IMG/VR virus record: IMGVR_UViG_3300042539_001687
Span: 1-61,602 of that record
Strand: one strand, 5' to 3'
Source: a virus
Lineage: Duplodnaviria > Caudoviricetes
DNA length: 61,602 nt
Both the position numbers and the translations under genes were made by a program. Below the pieces are notes generated by a model. That model searched no databases. It had not been told where the DNA came from and worked only from the letters and a program-made list of their open reading frames with translations. Below, one piece after another: positions 1-9,979 of this stretch. Each line of letters begins with the position of its first letter. Within the stretch, counting starts at the first letter, position 1.

Positions 1-127
1 CCGACGACCTGCGGTTCGTGGACCCGGACAAGCGGACGCAGCGATTCCCGCACCTGGACTTCCGCGAGGGCGACCCAGACCATCGTCCGCAGCGTACGGC
101 CAACTCGGAGGAGCGGCAGGAAAAGCA
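1..127. repeat. Terminal direct repeat, copy 1 (assembly overlap of a circular contig)
   Basis: 1-127 is identical to 61476-61602; 127 nt equals a common assembler k-mer size; an ORF reads in frame through the join. Confidence 0.95.
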
Positions 128-1331
128 GCCTGAGCCGAACGTGGTTCCCGTCATTTTGCCGCAACAGACGGACGCCAACTTCCGCGTTGCTCCGGGCTCG
201 CTCACAGACATTGCTGGCAACGGGCAGGCGGCGCAGGTCAACGTCAACAACGTCGTGGCGGCCCGGCCCGTTGCGGGCCTGCCGATTGCCATGCTGGACT
301 CGCAGGGCAATCGTCTTGTCGGAAAGGCGCCCCGCGCTCAGGTCGGCCAGAACGACGGCACCGCCCGAATGGACGTCCAGGAGACAGGCCGGGAGGTTCT
401 CTGGAACCTCCAGTTGCTGAACCGCTCGGACTACAACGTCGTCACCAAGATCGAGTACGTCACAGGCAAGGGGCTCGAGGTCACCTACGAACGCATCAAG
501 GCGTGGGATCAGCAGAAGAAAGAAGTGGACACCATCCCCGTCGAGGAACGGCCTGTAGTCACGGACATCATCGACGACGAACGGGGCCTGCGGGGCCGCC
601 GCCGAATCATTCCCGTATTCGAGTCGCGAGGGGAGTCGCACAGCTACTTCAACACGTACCGGATTGGGACGTTTGAGGATGACTGGCCGATCGGCGAGTC
701 CAAGGAAATCACGCAGGTTTGGCCAGAGTCCGGCCTCAAGGTCGATGTCTGGAACTACACGCACGCCATCGCGGACACTCCGGGCGAGAAGTACGTCCTG
801 TTCGCCGCCAGGACCGAGAGCAAGGTTCCTCCGGAGCCCGAAGACCCGGAAGCGCCGATACTGGACGCCACTCGCCTGGACGACCCACAGCCGAAGGTGA
901 CCGTCGGCCCATTGTTCGACGTCAATGGCGAGCTCGTAGAGAAAGAACCCGACGGAGTTCATGAGCCCCAAGTCGAGTACGTGGCCATCGAGATCCAGAA
1001 CGCCGAAGAATGCACGGCCTTCAGCTCGCTCAACGGCCTGACGGTGGACCTGCTGGACGGATTCGATGCCGACGTTCCTTCGGCTCTGTCCTACAAGACG
1101 AGCGAGGAAGGCGATGAGCCGTGCCTCATGTGGCGGTCGCATGAAGTTGATGTGCTGACCAACGTCACGCTGGAATCGGGCGGTCTAGTGTTTGAGCACA
1201 AGAAACTGTGGGTGCTTGCTGAGGAACTGCTGGATCCGATTGTGATCCCCGTCGATCCCTGCCCGCCGCCGGAGCCTGACCCGGAGCCGCCGCCCGAGCC
1301 CGACCCTGATCCACCGCCAGAGTACCCGTAG
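1..1331 (+). CDS. 3' part of a ~493-aa acidic virion/tail-associated protein that starts at 61325 and crosses the circular join
   Basis: ORF 18..1331 is in frame with the ATG at 61325; follows the nozzle-like gene; Pro/Glu-rich C-terminus. Confidence 0.7.
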   Translation, partial: DDLRFVDPDKRTQRFPHLDFREGDPDHRPQRTANSEERQEKQPEPNVVPVILPQQTDANFRVAPGSLTDIAGNGQAAQVNVNNVVAARPVAGLPIAMLDSQGNRLVGKAPRAQVGQNDGTARMDVQETGREVLWNLQLLNRSDYNVVTKIEYVTGKGLEVTYERIKAWDQQKKEVDTIPVEERPVVTDIIDDERGLRGRRRIIPVFESRGESHSYFNTYRIGTFEDDWPIGESKEITQVWPESGLKVDVWNYTHAIADTPGEKYVLFAARTESKVPPEPEDPEAPILDATRLDDPQPKVTVGPLFDVNGELVEKEPDGVHEPQVEYVAIEIQNAEECTAFSSLNGLTVDLLDGFDADVPSALSYKTSEEGDEPCLMWRSHEVDVLTNVTLESGGLVFEHKKLWVLAEELLDPIVIPVDPCPPPEPDPEPPPEPDPDPPPEYP

Positions 1332-1333
1332 GC

Positions 1334-1849
1334 ATGCCCCTTTATCTCAACAACGGAAGTCTGCTGCTGAGCCCTGGCGGCCTGGCCGCATCGTCGTCGT
1401 GCTGCTGCGACGATGTATGCTCTGAGACGGCCGACTGTCAGCAGCCAGAAGGAGATCCCGTCAACTGCGTAGACATCTTGCCTGAGGCGCCGGTTGTGTG
1501 CTGCAACGGCGTGTGCAAGCCATGGGCATGCTACCCGGGAGCATATATCAGGTTGCAGTTTCGCAAGAAAGTTGGATGCACAGCCGCCTTCTTGGCTGGC
1601 ATTGAAGAAGGCGAAGAGTTTGAGGTCGTTGTGATTGACGACGGGCTGATCTGCCCAGACTCACAGCGCAATTTTTCCGCACCATGCGATACAAGCTGGA
1701 CGACTTCCCGCCCAAACTGCGTGATTACAGATGTGGCGTTTTCTACTGTTGGCCTTCCGCTGTGCGCGGCGTGCTATGAGTTTCTCGGATGGTCGGCATG
1801 CCGCATCGACTGCCGCCCGGGAGCGGCGTTCGGAGACTGCTGGATATGA
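1334..1849 (+). CDS. Cys-rich hypothetical protein
   Basis: 171-aa ORF starting 2 nt after the upstream stop; SSSCCCDDVC and many CxxC/CC motifs. Confidence 0.7.
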   Translation: MPLYLNNGSLLLSPGGLAASSSCCCDDVCSETADCQQPEGDPVNCVDILPEAPVVCCNGVCKPWACYPGAYIRLQFRKKVGCTAAFLAGIEEGEEFEVVVIDDGLICPDSQRNFSAPCDTSWTTSRPNCVITDVAFSTVGLPLCAACYEFLGWSACRIDCRPGAAFGDCWI

Positions 1850-2274
1850 CTTCAAGCTCTGCAATCTATGGAACCAAATGCGATTGCCAGCCTGCTGGCG
1901 ATCTCTTTGAATGCACGTGCCAGTGCGGCGTGACCATCAAGTCCAAAAAGCGGCATGTGTTTCATATTTGCCCGGCCCCAGTTGAGCCGCTCGCAGGGAC
2001 GCTCGGCGAGCCGCCGCGTCCAGTCTCCCTGCTCCAGAAGGCCACAAACTTCGCCGCCTCCCTGGCGAGCCACGTAGCCGCCGGGATGCCGCAGGCCAGC
2101 GAGGAAGAGGTGGCCCGCCGGTTCGCCATCTGCGAGGGCTGCGAGCACTACGACGGCAAGGCGTGCAAGCAATGCGGGTGCCCGGTCGTCCGAGAAAAGC
2201 AGTTCATCAGCAAACTGGCGTGGGCGGATCAGTCCTGCCCGGTGGGGAAATGGGGGCCGGTCGCCGGAAAATAG
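1846..2274 (+). CDS. Cys-rich hypothetical protein (putative metal-binding)
   Basis: ATGA overlap at 1846; RFAICEGCEH..CKQCGC..KLAWADQSCPVGKW motif common in small phage proteins. Confidence 0.7.
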   Translation: MTSSSAIYGTKCDCQPAGDLFECTCQCGVTIKSKKRHVFHICPAPVEPLAGTLGEPPRPVSLLQKATNFAASLASHVAAGMPQASEEEVARRFAICEGCEHYDGKACKQCGCPVVREKQFISKLAWADQSCPVGKWGPVAGK

Positions 2275-2283
2275 CCCCCTGGC

Positions 2284-2292
2284 GGACATAAA
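2284..2292 (+). promoter_or_regulatory. GGACATAAA putative late-promoter motif
   Basis: Intergenic AT-rich motif that recurs ahead of several + strand gene blocks. Confidence 0.5.
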
Positions 2293-2341
2293 CCATACGG
2301 GCGCCCGCGTACGGCACCCGCCCCCCAAGAGATCGCTCGCC

Positions 2342-2794
2342 GTGACATCGTTCATGAACCCAGCCGGACCGCTCTCCAGGCTGAAGGGCGGCAGCTCGCG
2401 CCAGTCCGGAGAATCAAGCGAGACTTACGACCACTCTGGCCTGGCTGAGCACATCAAGCGCCAGGATGCCGTCGACTCGCTGCGGGGCTCCAAGTTCGCA
2501 GCAAACTACCAGGGGGACATCCCGTCCGCCGTAGAGGCCGGTAATCGCGTGCGCAACGCCGTCGCCGGCCTCCGGGAGGTCACGCCCGACGCCACCGAGC
2601 GCGATCCCCACAAGCTCAAAATGCCGCTCGTTCTCGTGCGCAGCCGGTCATCAAGCGGCTCTCTTAGCTCGGACGGCCCAGAGGCAGCTTGGGGCGACCC
2701 TGAGCAGGGGCCGCCGCTCCCGGGCGAGGGCGAGAAGCCGAAGGGCAACGGCCTGGTGTTTGGGCAGTTTGATCCGAAGTTTTTCCCCAAGTAG
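2342..2794 (+). CDS. Hypothetical protein
   Basis: 150-aa ORF in a tightly packed + strand operon. Confidence 0.65.
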   Translation: MTSFMNPAGPLSRLKGGSSRQSGESSETYDHSGLAEHIKRQDAVDSLRGSKFAANYQGDIPSAVEAGNRVRNAVAGLREVTPDATERDPHKLKMPLVLVRSRSSSGSLSSDGPEAAWGDPEQGPPLPGEGEKPKGNGLVFGQFDPKFFPK

Positions 2795-2811
2795 CTCGCG
2801 GAGTGACGCGG

Positions 2812-3156
2812 ATGGCATACGCATACGGCAACCAGTACGGCTTCGGCAGTGGAGAGCACGAATCCACGCGCACCCAAAAGGCCGCCTGGGGCCAGCAGCG
2901 CTCCATGGCCCAGCAGCAGGATCGTGACTCGTGGGAGCGCGGCCGGGAAATGTACGAGCGCGGCCTCCAGCAGCAGGAGCAGCAGCGCCGCCAGTACGAC
3001 TCCCAGACCGCTCGAGGCGTCGGCGAGAAAAAGTACGACGTCCTGGCTGGGCTTGCTAAGGGCATGAACCAAGGCGGCATGGGCCAGTTCTGGCCGTACG
3101 GCGGCAGCAATACGTTTATGTCGCGCCGGATTGGCGGACAGGGGATGCAGTCATGA
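2812..3156 (+). CDS. Gln/Gly-rich hypothetical protein (possible internal virion protein)
   Basis: ORF with ATGA overlap to the next gene; Q/G/M-rich composition. Confidence 0.65.
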   Translation: MAYAYGNQYGFGSGEHESTRTQKAAWGQQRSMAQQQDRDSWERGREMYERGLQQQEQQRRQYDSQTARGVGEKKYDVLAGLAKGMNQGGMGQFWPYGGSNTFMSRRIGGQGMQS

Positions 3157-3497
3157 ACGGCGTACTGTCGGGCCTGCGCGGTAACCCTAACGTCAGCGCC
3201 ATGCGCTCCGGCCTGGATGCGCAGGCCGACGCCAGTCGCGGCATGGAGTCTGCCAAGTTCGACCAAGACATGGGCATGCAGCGCGCCCAGCAGGACAGCC
3301 GTGAGCGTCAACAGCGTGCTCAGCTCAACGCCCAGAAAGCCACCTCTGACGCGGCGGCACGCACTCAGAATCGCGGCCTGGACGCTCGCATGGCCAACAT
3401 GAACATGAATCACGCCTTTAGCTACGCAGGCCTTCAGAAGCAGAACCAGCTCAAGTGGCAGCAGGCGCTGCTCAACAACCTGGCGGGTGAACTGTAG
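3153..3497 (+). CDS. Gln/Ala-rich helical hypothetical protein (possible internal virion protein)
   Basis: 114-aa ORF coupled to both neighbours. Confidence 0.65.
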   Translation: MNGVLSGLRGNPNVSAMRSGLDAQADASRGMESAKFDQDMGMQRAQQDSRERQQRAQLNAQKATSDAAARTQNRGLDARMANMNMNHAFSYAGLQKQNQLKWQQALLNNLAGEL

Positions 3498-4003
3498 TGG
3501 CCGTATCCATGGACAGATCGCTGCCGTCTAGCGCTCGCTCGCCGCTGCGCCCGCCGCCGGCGACCCAAAGCATGGCGCCCCAGATGGACGATCGTCGGGT
3601 CGCAGCTCAGACCAACAACCTCTATGCTCGAACTGGCGCTCGCGAGATGGGCCTGCAGGACATGGACCGAGCGGGCGTGTCGCGGGGCAAGGGCCAGCAG
3701 TTCCGGGCAGAAATGGCCGGCGCCGCCCAAGATAGCGCCAACCGCGCCGACGCCTTGCGGTCCGAGATGGGCGCCAGCCAAGCCAATGTTGCAGCAGCCC
3801 AGCAATATGACGCCATGCAGCGATCGGAGCGCCTTGCCAGCGAGGGCCTCCTGCAGAACCTCCGTGACTCCGAGCGCCAGGAGCGCCTGGCGCAGCGGGC
3901 CTCCGGGATGGACAGCTACGACGCCTGGATGCGCGGGCAGCTGGGCCTCGCTTCCATGCAGCTCGACTACACCCCGCTGCTGCGCCAGCTGTTTTCCAAC
4001 TAA
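3497..4003 (+). CDS. Gln/Ala-rich helical hypothetical protein (possible internal virion protein)
   Basis: 168-aa ORF overlapping the upstream stop. Confidence 0.65.
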   Translation: MAVSMDRSLPSSARSPLRPPPATQSMAPQMDDRRVAAQTNNLYARTGAREMGLQDMDRAGVSRGKGQQFRAEMAGAAQDSANRADALRSEMGASQANVAAAQQYDAMQRSERLASEGLLQNLRDSERQERLAQRASGMDSYDAWMRGQLGLASMQLDYTPLLRQLFSN

Positions 4004-4014
4004 GGAGCCCTTCC

Positions 4015-4317
4015 ATGTCCATTGACTCCGCCTCTGATCTCGCCGATCTGGCCGACAAGCTCGACGACGACGATGTTGCCAAGCTGCCCGCCAGCGTGCT
4101 CAAGAAGATGGTCCGCGCCCTCAAGGCCAAGCGGCTCGCCGAACGCGAGGCCGATGAGTCTGGGGAGGACAAGGCGGAAGAGGAGCGCGAAAAGCTCGCC
4201 AGCCTGCACGAGGAGCAGAAGGGCAAGGCCCCGAAGGTACCAGTCAGCAAGGACGACCTGCCGGAGGGCCTGGCCGAAGACGACGACGAAGACCCGAAGC
4301 CCAAGAAGAAGGGCTAG
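4015..4317 (+). CDS. Highly charged hypothetical protein
   Basis: TAAGGAG RBS before the ATG; D/E/K-rich 100 aa. Confidence 0.75.
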   Translation: MSIDSASDLADLADKLDDDDVAKLPASVLKKMVRALKAKRLAEREADESGEDKAEEEREKLASLHEEQKGKAPKVPVSKDDLPEGLAEDDDEDPKPKKKG

Positions 4318-4326
4318 GGTGGCGGC

Positions 4327-7300
4327 ATGGGTGCACTCGATCGCGTCCTGGCCAATGCCGCAGAGGCGGCCGCTGGGTCTCCCAGCAGTCGCGTGCGCGC
4401 AGCAATGCGGGCTCGCTCGACCGCCCGTAAGGGCTATGACCCGCAGGCTGCGGCCGACCTGAGTGTCAACGCTGCCGTGCGCCAGGCCGCTGGCGGGGAG
4501 CTGCCGGACGCGGGGCCCGCAGCGACCAGCGTCAGCGCTGATGCCGCTTGGGATCCAGCAGCCCGCAATCCCAATCGCGTCGGCCCCGTCAATCAGGCCC
4601 GCAGTACGCCTGTCGCCGTGCAGGTGGCAGACGACCTGGAGCAAACGCTGCTCGAGGCGATGGACATCGCCACCGACGCCGACGGCGTTTTGGGCGTCAA
4701 CGAGCAAGTGTTCGAGGACCTGGAGCGTCGCCTCAAGGTCATCGGCAGCGGCGGGCCGGTTGAGCAACAGGCAGTTCAGATCCTGGCGCAACGCTATGGC
4801 GTCCCGGCCGGGACCTCGCTGGACGAAGCTGTTACCACAATCTCAGAAGGTCTCGCCGGCCAGCGCATGTCGCTGTATCAGCGCGAGCCGAACGTGATCG
4901 ACTCTCGCCTGGAACGGGTCTCCGACAACCCGTTCCCTGAGCGCCCCAGCTCGCTGGAGGGATTCCCGACGGCCGACGAGAAGTTCGACCCCGTCGAGGT
5001 CGAGGAGGTGGTGCGCATCCCGCGCTTCGAGTACGACCAGCTTGGCCGGCTGAAGGTGGATGGCGACGGGAATCCGCTGCCGCGCATCGACCCAGAGACT
5101 AACCTGCCGACGTTCGAGCCGGTGCGACAACGGCGCCTGGTGCCGCAGCGCACCGTAGACGGCGTGTCAGCGGTGATGCCGTCGGGCGAGTTCACGACCA
5201 TCGGCCGGCGACGGTCGGGCTCGGACGGCAACCGTTCCGCCGAAGAGGTTGTGTTTGTCCTGGATCGCGGAGACGGCACCTACCAGCTGTCGCGGATCAC
5301 CGACTCTGGCGGATATGACAACCAGATCATCGACGAGGGCCAGCTTGGCCGCCTTCTCGTCGAGACCGGCTACGAGCGCATCTCTGGCCCCGAGCTGGGA
5401 TTCTCTGTCCAGGCGCCGACCGAAGGCGACGCAGACGCTCTCGGCAAGATGCTGTTCGAGTCTCTGCAGCCCGGAGCCGCTACTCCCGGCCAGGCCGCAG
5501 AGGTCGTGCGCCGGATCTCCGAAATCGGCCAGGTGTTCGATGGCGCTCTGGCCGAGCGGGCCTTGCGGGCGGCTGGCTTTCAGGACGTCGGCAACGAGCT
5601 CTCTACCGGCCTTCAGCTTCTGGAGCGGGCCCGAGAGATGGCGGCGTCGGAGGCGCTTCAGCGCGCAGCACCCGCGCCTGGTGCCGCCGCTGGGCCTGCA
5701 ACCACCACCTCCACCGTCGAGGTGCGGCCGCCCAGATCCGACCCCAGTCGCGGCGCCGTCACCATGGACGCCACGAGCGAGCCCTTGCGTCGCGCCAGGG
5801 ACCTTTCCCAAAACCAGCAGCTACTGACGCCGGATCAGCGCTCCGCCCAGGAGGCAGCGGAAGGCATTGTGTCCGGTCCGACTGGCGGCCAGGTAGACAT
5901 GGTGTCCGGCCCGGCTGACGCCACGACGTTTTTGGGTCCCGACGGCCAGCCTCTCACTGCGACCTTCGACCCGACCTCGTTGTTCTCGGATGCCGCGCCG
6001 CCGCTGTTCCCGCCCGCCGGTCGGTTCCAGCAAGGCATTCTGGGCGGCCTGCAACAGTACGGCATTCCGGCCAGTGGTCCGGGCTCCTCGTCCGTCTCGG
6101 TGGGCGGGGTCTTTGGCGACGGCACTGTGATGGACACGGGCACTCTGCCTGGCTCCGTCCCTGTCACGATGGACGCCAGCCTGTCGATGCCCGACCGCCT
6201 GGACGTGCTGCAGGGCCTCAGCGACGTGGCGACGCCAGCCACGCCGGTCATGAACTTTGATTTCTCCGGCGACTGGTCCCGAGCGGCAGGGCGCGGGTCG
6301 GCGGTGAATGCGACCTGGCGCAACAAGGACTACGACCAGCCCGTTCGGGTCACTGGCTTTGCTGGCGAGTTCGGCGGCGTGCGCTACTACACGATTGAGG
6401 GCAGCGGCACGGCCATTCCGGAGCCCGAGCTGGACTTTGGCGGCTCCGCTCCTCCCGGCGCGACTCGCTCTGGACCGACGGTCGCCGGCACTGTCGACGT
6501 CGGCGGCGTGGATTTCGCCCGTGCGGCTGACCCAGACTCTGCGGACGCCGCGCAACAGCAGTTCGCCGAGCTGGCCAATCGCGAGGCCGCCACGAAGGCT
6601 GCTCTCAACACATTCGCCGACGAACCAACAGATGACGTCGTGCAAATCTGGCGGCGCATGGAGGAGCTGCGTGCGTTCGAGCCGGCGTTTGCCGAGCTGG
6701 ACGTCACCGAGCAGTTTGAGATGGCGCGGATGAGCCGTGATCAGCTGCAGGAGCTGGCCGACGACATCTCGCTCGAGATCTCCGAAACCCCCAACCCGAA
6801 CACGTTCACGCAGTCGCAGAGCGTCGCCAGTCCGACCAGCGGCAATCAGTTCTCTACGGCCCAGAACCTGCCGCCCGTTACGCTGTCTCGCACCCAGCGC
6901 GTGCGCCAGGCAGCAGATCCCAGTGCCCCGCAGGCCACCGTCTCCGACGACCCCAGCGACGTCGCCTTTGGCATGAACCCCAGCCGACGGCCGCCGAGCA
7001 ATCGGCGCGCCACTGAGCAGCGCGCCACCATTCTCCAGGCCCGCCTCGAAGCCGCCGACCGGACCGAGCGTCTGCTGAATCAGGTCGAGAAGATGTACAG
7101 CCCGCCGCCGCTCCGGGCCGGCGAGGACCCGCCACTGCCCAGCACGCCCGAGCAGGTGGTGGCATTCGTGCGGGGCTCAGGAGACTTCTTCCGCCTGCCG
7201 AAGTCCGATCAGGCCACCGTGCTGGAGGCTGTCGCCTCGCCAGCGCAGGCGACCGCGCTGATGGACAGCACGATTGCCAGCAAGCGCGCCGTCCGCGACG

Positions 7301-9969
7301 AGCTTCGCGCTTTGGGGCCTGCTCCGGATCGTGCCGCCGGGACGGACAACGTAGGCTCAGATCCGCTCGATACGCCCGATGACGTCACCGACATCCCGCA
7401 GCAGCGCGACGAGGCGCAGGCAGAACTTGACGAGTCCACTGCCAACGCCCAGTTCTACAACGAGCAGCGCGCCAATGCTGGTGGTCGTCGTGCCCTGTCG
7501 CTGCGGCGGGCTCAAGATGTCGTTCGTCGGGTGCTGGGCATCAAGAGCCGCGATCGCCTGCCGCTGGCATTCCGCGACTACGACTCCCGGTTCGGCCGCC
7601 GGATCAGCGCCACCGACATCCAGCGCCTCGACAGCGCAGACGCCCTGATTCGGAAATACGGCAGCATGACCGACGAGCAGTACCAGGCGCTCGCGGCCCG
7701 CAACACCGACCTGCCCGCGAGCAGGGACGCTCATGTAGCCAAGCTGGCAAAAGAGTGGAGAGTCCTGGCGCGCCGTATCGGCAATGACACCGTGCAGGAC
7801 GCCGGATCCAGCGGCGAGAACCAGGCCCGCCTGGTCCAAAACCTGCTATCCGACAATCCGCAAACGCGCCTGCAAGCACTGCGCGAGCTGTTCTCTGTCA
7901 CGGGCGTACGCAACGAAGCCGGCGAGAGAGCCGGCGAGGACGGCCTGCAGGTCCTGCGCATGCTCGCCAACGACCCGGCGTACGGTTCCGTCGAGAACGT
8001 GCTGTATGACGTCCTGAATCGCGACCAGTCCATCCGCAACCCCGAGCTGTCCCGAGCTCCCGTTGTCGATGAATCGGGCGCCTCTCTGATGGATCGCCAG
8101 CGAGACCAGTCGTTCGTCGCGGACGAAGCCGACGTGAGAAGTCGCAACACTAACACCGGCGTCCCGCCTGCGGCAGGGCTGGGCCCTGAGTCCTTGCGCG
8201 AGGTGTCCCGCCGTCTGGCAGAAGACATCGGCCCGGCGGAGGGCCGTCAGCTTACGCGGGCCGATCTGCAGGAAGCCGGGCTGGAGCCGACGTTCTTGCC
8301 GGACGAAGGTCCTGCGGTGCGCCCCTCATTCATCGACCGCCTGCGCGGCTATCTGCCATTCCTGCGACGCCAGGCTGACGCGGCCCCCGCGAGCCCGCAG
8401 GTCGTCACGCGCCAGGGGCTGGACACCGCTGAGCAGGAGATTGCCGCCGCCTCCACTCCGGAGGAAATGAACGCAATCCTGGCGCGCATCAACAGCACCC
8501 GCGAACAGACACTCGCCAGGCTGGACGACACCAACGACCCGCCTGTGGCTGACGGCGACGGCGTCGAGCGCTCTGCACGCCAGCAGATCGAGGAGCGTGC
8601 CAATGCGCTGACTGCCACCTGGCGCCGCCGCATGGAGCGCATGCAGGCCGCAGAGGCGTCGCGCGTCGACGGCGATGCCGACGTGGAACCTGCAGAGGAG
8701 GGCCAGGACAGCGCCTTTGCGGCCGCTTACGGCGAGGCGATCGAGGCGGGCAGTGACATGCGCGAGGCGATCCGGGCCGGCCAGGCTGCCCAGCAGGCAG
8801 CTTCTGCTGCTGCGGGCGTGCTGCCGCGTAAGCCAGTTGCCGGCGTGGCGCAGGAGGCCGTCGAGCGCCTCCAGGAGCAAGCATTCCGAAACGCCAGCCT
8901 GCATCCGGTAACGGCCGAACAGGCCGCCGCCGACGGGCTGGAGATCGAGGTCCCAGAGCATGTGGCTGAACGAGTGGACTACGAGCTGCGCCGTCGAGCC
9001 ACCGCTCGCCAAATCGCTGCAGAGCGCGGCGAGGAGCCTGAGGAGTTCGCCACGCAGCTTCCAAGCCTAAGCGTCAACCTGAAGCAGAGGCGCGCCGGAG
9101 TTTCGTTCCTTGACGAAAATGAGAAGGTTGTTGTGCTTGAGGGGAGACTTCGCACAAAGGACGAGCCCGAGACGGACGGCCCGGCTCCGGTGCCGTTCCG
9201 CAACTCCGCGATCATCTCATGGAGCCCGGATGGGGGCGTGCAGATCCGCCAGCGACGTCTGTCGCGGAACGACCCGGACCCCGAGTGGGTGCGCCGCCAG
9301 AAGATCCACGAGGCTGCCAAGTCCGGCAACACGGCGCAGATCCTCGCCCTGATCCCGCCGGCTGCATCTGCAGACGATGTGGCTGAGGCGGCCGGTCGAG
9401 CGGCCGACGATGGCGCCGCTCCGGCCTCTCCAACTGCCCGCCCGCAAGAAGACGTCATGGAAGATTTCTCCCGCCCGCGAGACCCAGAGGGCGAGCTTGA
9501 AGAGCCCAAGCCCTACGATTCTGACGAGCTGGACTCTACCCCCGACGAGGATCGCATCGGCGACGACATCGAGGCCAGCCTTGAAGATCCGGTGCCTGGT
9601 CCGGGCCGCCGTCGTGCCGAAGAGGAGTACGAGGCCGAGCAGGCCCGCAAGGCTGGCAAGGGCAAGCGGGGCGGAAAGGACAGGGGCAGGCCTGGCCTCA
9701 CGGCTCGCCGGGCGGCAGCGGGCGCAGTCGGTGCCGGCGTCGTCGGCATTGGCGGCGGATCGGCCGTAAACACGGGCCTCAATGCTCTACTCGGCGGCGC
9801 CGGTGGTGGCGTCGGCATGGGCTTTGCCCCAGCCTCCGCTTACGGCGAAGAAGCCCCCATTGTGGCCGAACGGGACATAAATACCTCAGAGGAGCCGGCC
9901 GGCTCGCAGGTTCGCAGCGCCCGACAGCGGCTGCGATACCTGACTTCCCAGAACCCGCTCCCCTATTAG
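4327..9969 (+). CDS. 1880-aa protein, candidate internal virion/DNA-ejection protein
   Basis: Very long ORF with GC-rich third positions; Ala/Pro/acidic; Gly-rich hydrophobic stretch near the C-terminus; lies after the tail genes as ejection proteins do in podoviruses. Function is inferred. Confidence 0.6.
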   Translation: MGALDRVLANAAEAAAGSPSSRVRAAMRARSTARKGYDPQAAADLSVNAAVRQAAGGELPDAGPAATSVSADAAWDPAARNPNRVGPVNQARSTPVAVQVADDLEQTLLEAMDIATDADGVLGVNEQVFEDLERRLKVIGSGGPVEQQAVQILAQRYGVPAGTSLDEAVTTISEGLAGQRMSLYQREPNVIDSRLERVSDNPFPERPSSLEGFPTADEKFDPVEVEEVVRIPRFEYDQLGRLKVDGDGNPLPRIDPETNLPTFEPVRQRRLVPQRTVDGVSAVMPSGEFTTIGRRRSGSDGNRSAEEVVFVLDRGDGTYQLSRITDSGGYDNQIIDEGQLGRLLVETGYERISGPELGFSVQAPTEGDADALGKMLFESLQPGAATPGQAAEVVRRISEIGQVFDGALAERALRAAGFQDVGNELSTGLQLLERAREMAASEALQRAAPAPGAAAGPATTTSTVEVRPPRSDPSRGAVTMDATSEPLRRARDLSQNQQLLTPDQRSAQEAAEGIVSGPTGGQVDMVSGPADATTFLGPDGQPLTATFDPTSLFSDAAPPLFPPAGRFQQGILGGLQQYGIPASGPGSSSVSVGGVFGDGTVMDTGTLPGSVPVTMDASLSMPDRLDVLQGLSDVATPATPVMNFDFSGDWSRAAGRGSAVNATWRNKDYDQPVRVTGFAGEFGGVRYYTIEGSGTAIPEPELDFGGSAPPGATRSGPTVAGTVDVGGVDFARAADPDSADAAQQQFAELANREAATKAALNTFADEPTDDVVQIWRRMEELRAFEPAFAELDVTEQFEMARMSRDQLQELADDISLEISETPNPNTFTQSQSVASPTSGNQFSTAQNLPPVTLSRTQRVRQAADPSAPQATVSDDPSDVAFGMNPSRRPPSNRRATEQRATILQARLEAADRTERLLNQVEKMYSPPPLRAGEDPPLPSTPEQVVAFVRGSGDFFRLPKSDQATVLEAVASPAQATALMDSTIASKRAVRDELRALGPAPDRAAGTDNVGSDPLDTPDDVTDIPQQRDEAQAELDESTANAQFYNEQRANAGGRRALSLRRAQDVVRRVLGIKSRDRLPLAFRDYDSRFGRRISATDIQRLDSADALIRKYGSMTDEQYQALAARNTDLPASRDAHVAKLAKEWRVLARRIGNDTVQDAGSSGENQARLVQNLLSDNPQTRLQALRELFSVTGVRNEAGERAGEDGLQVLRMLANDPAYGSVENVLYDVLNRDQSIRNPELSRAPVVDESGASLMDRQRDQSFVADEADVRSRNTNTGVPPAAGLGPESLREVSRRLAEDIGPAEGRQLTRADLQEAGLEPTFLPDEGPAVRPSFIDRLRGYLPFLRRQADAAPASPQVVTRQGLDTAEQEIAAASTPEEMNAILARINSTREQTLARLDDTNDPPVADGDGVERSARQQIEERANALTATWRRRMERMQAAEASRVDGDADVEPAEEGQDSAFAAAYGEAIEAGSDMREAIRAGQAAQQAASAAAGVLPRKPVAGVAQEAVERLQEQAFRNASLHPVTAEQAAADGLEIEVPEHVAERVDYELRRRATARQIAAERGEEPEEFATQLPSLSVNLKQRRAGVSFLDENEKVVVLEGRLRTKDEPETDGPAPVPFRNSAIISWSPDGGVQIRQRRLSRNDPDPEWVRRQKIHEAAKSGNTAQILALIPPAASADDVAEAAGRAADDGAAPASPTARPQEDVMEDFSRPRDPEGELEEPKPYDSDELDSTPDEDRIGDDIEASLEDPVPGPGRRRAEEEYEAEQARKAGKGKRGGKDRGRPGLTARRAAAGAVGAGVVGIGGGSAVNTGLNALLGGAGGGVGMGFAPASAYGEEAPIVAERDINTSEEPAGSQVRSARQRLRYLTSQNPLPY

Positions 9970-9979
9970 GCAGCCTCAC

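Noticed and set aside
1-127. Biological terminal repeat
   Set aside because: Length equals a typical assembly k-mer and it falls mid-gene; best explained as circular overlap
1261-1328. Tandem DNA repeat (PEPDPEPPP); also poly-Pro at about 51875-51990
   Set aside because: Low-complexity Pro-rich protein tails, ordinary in phage structural proteins
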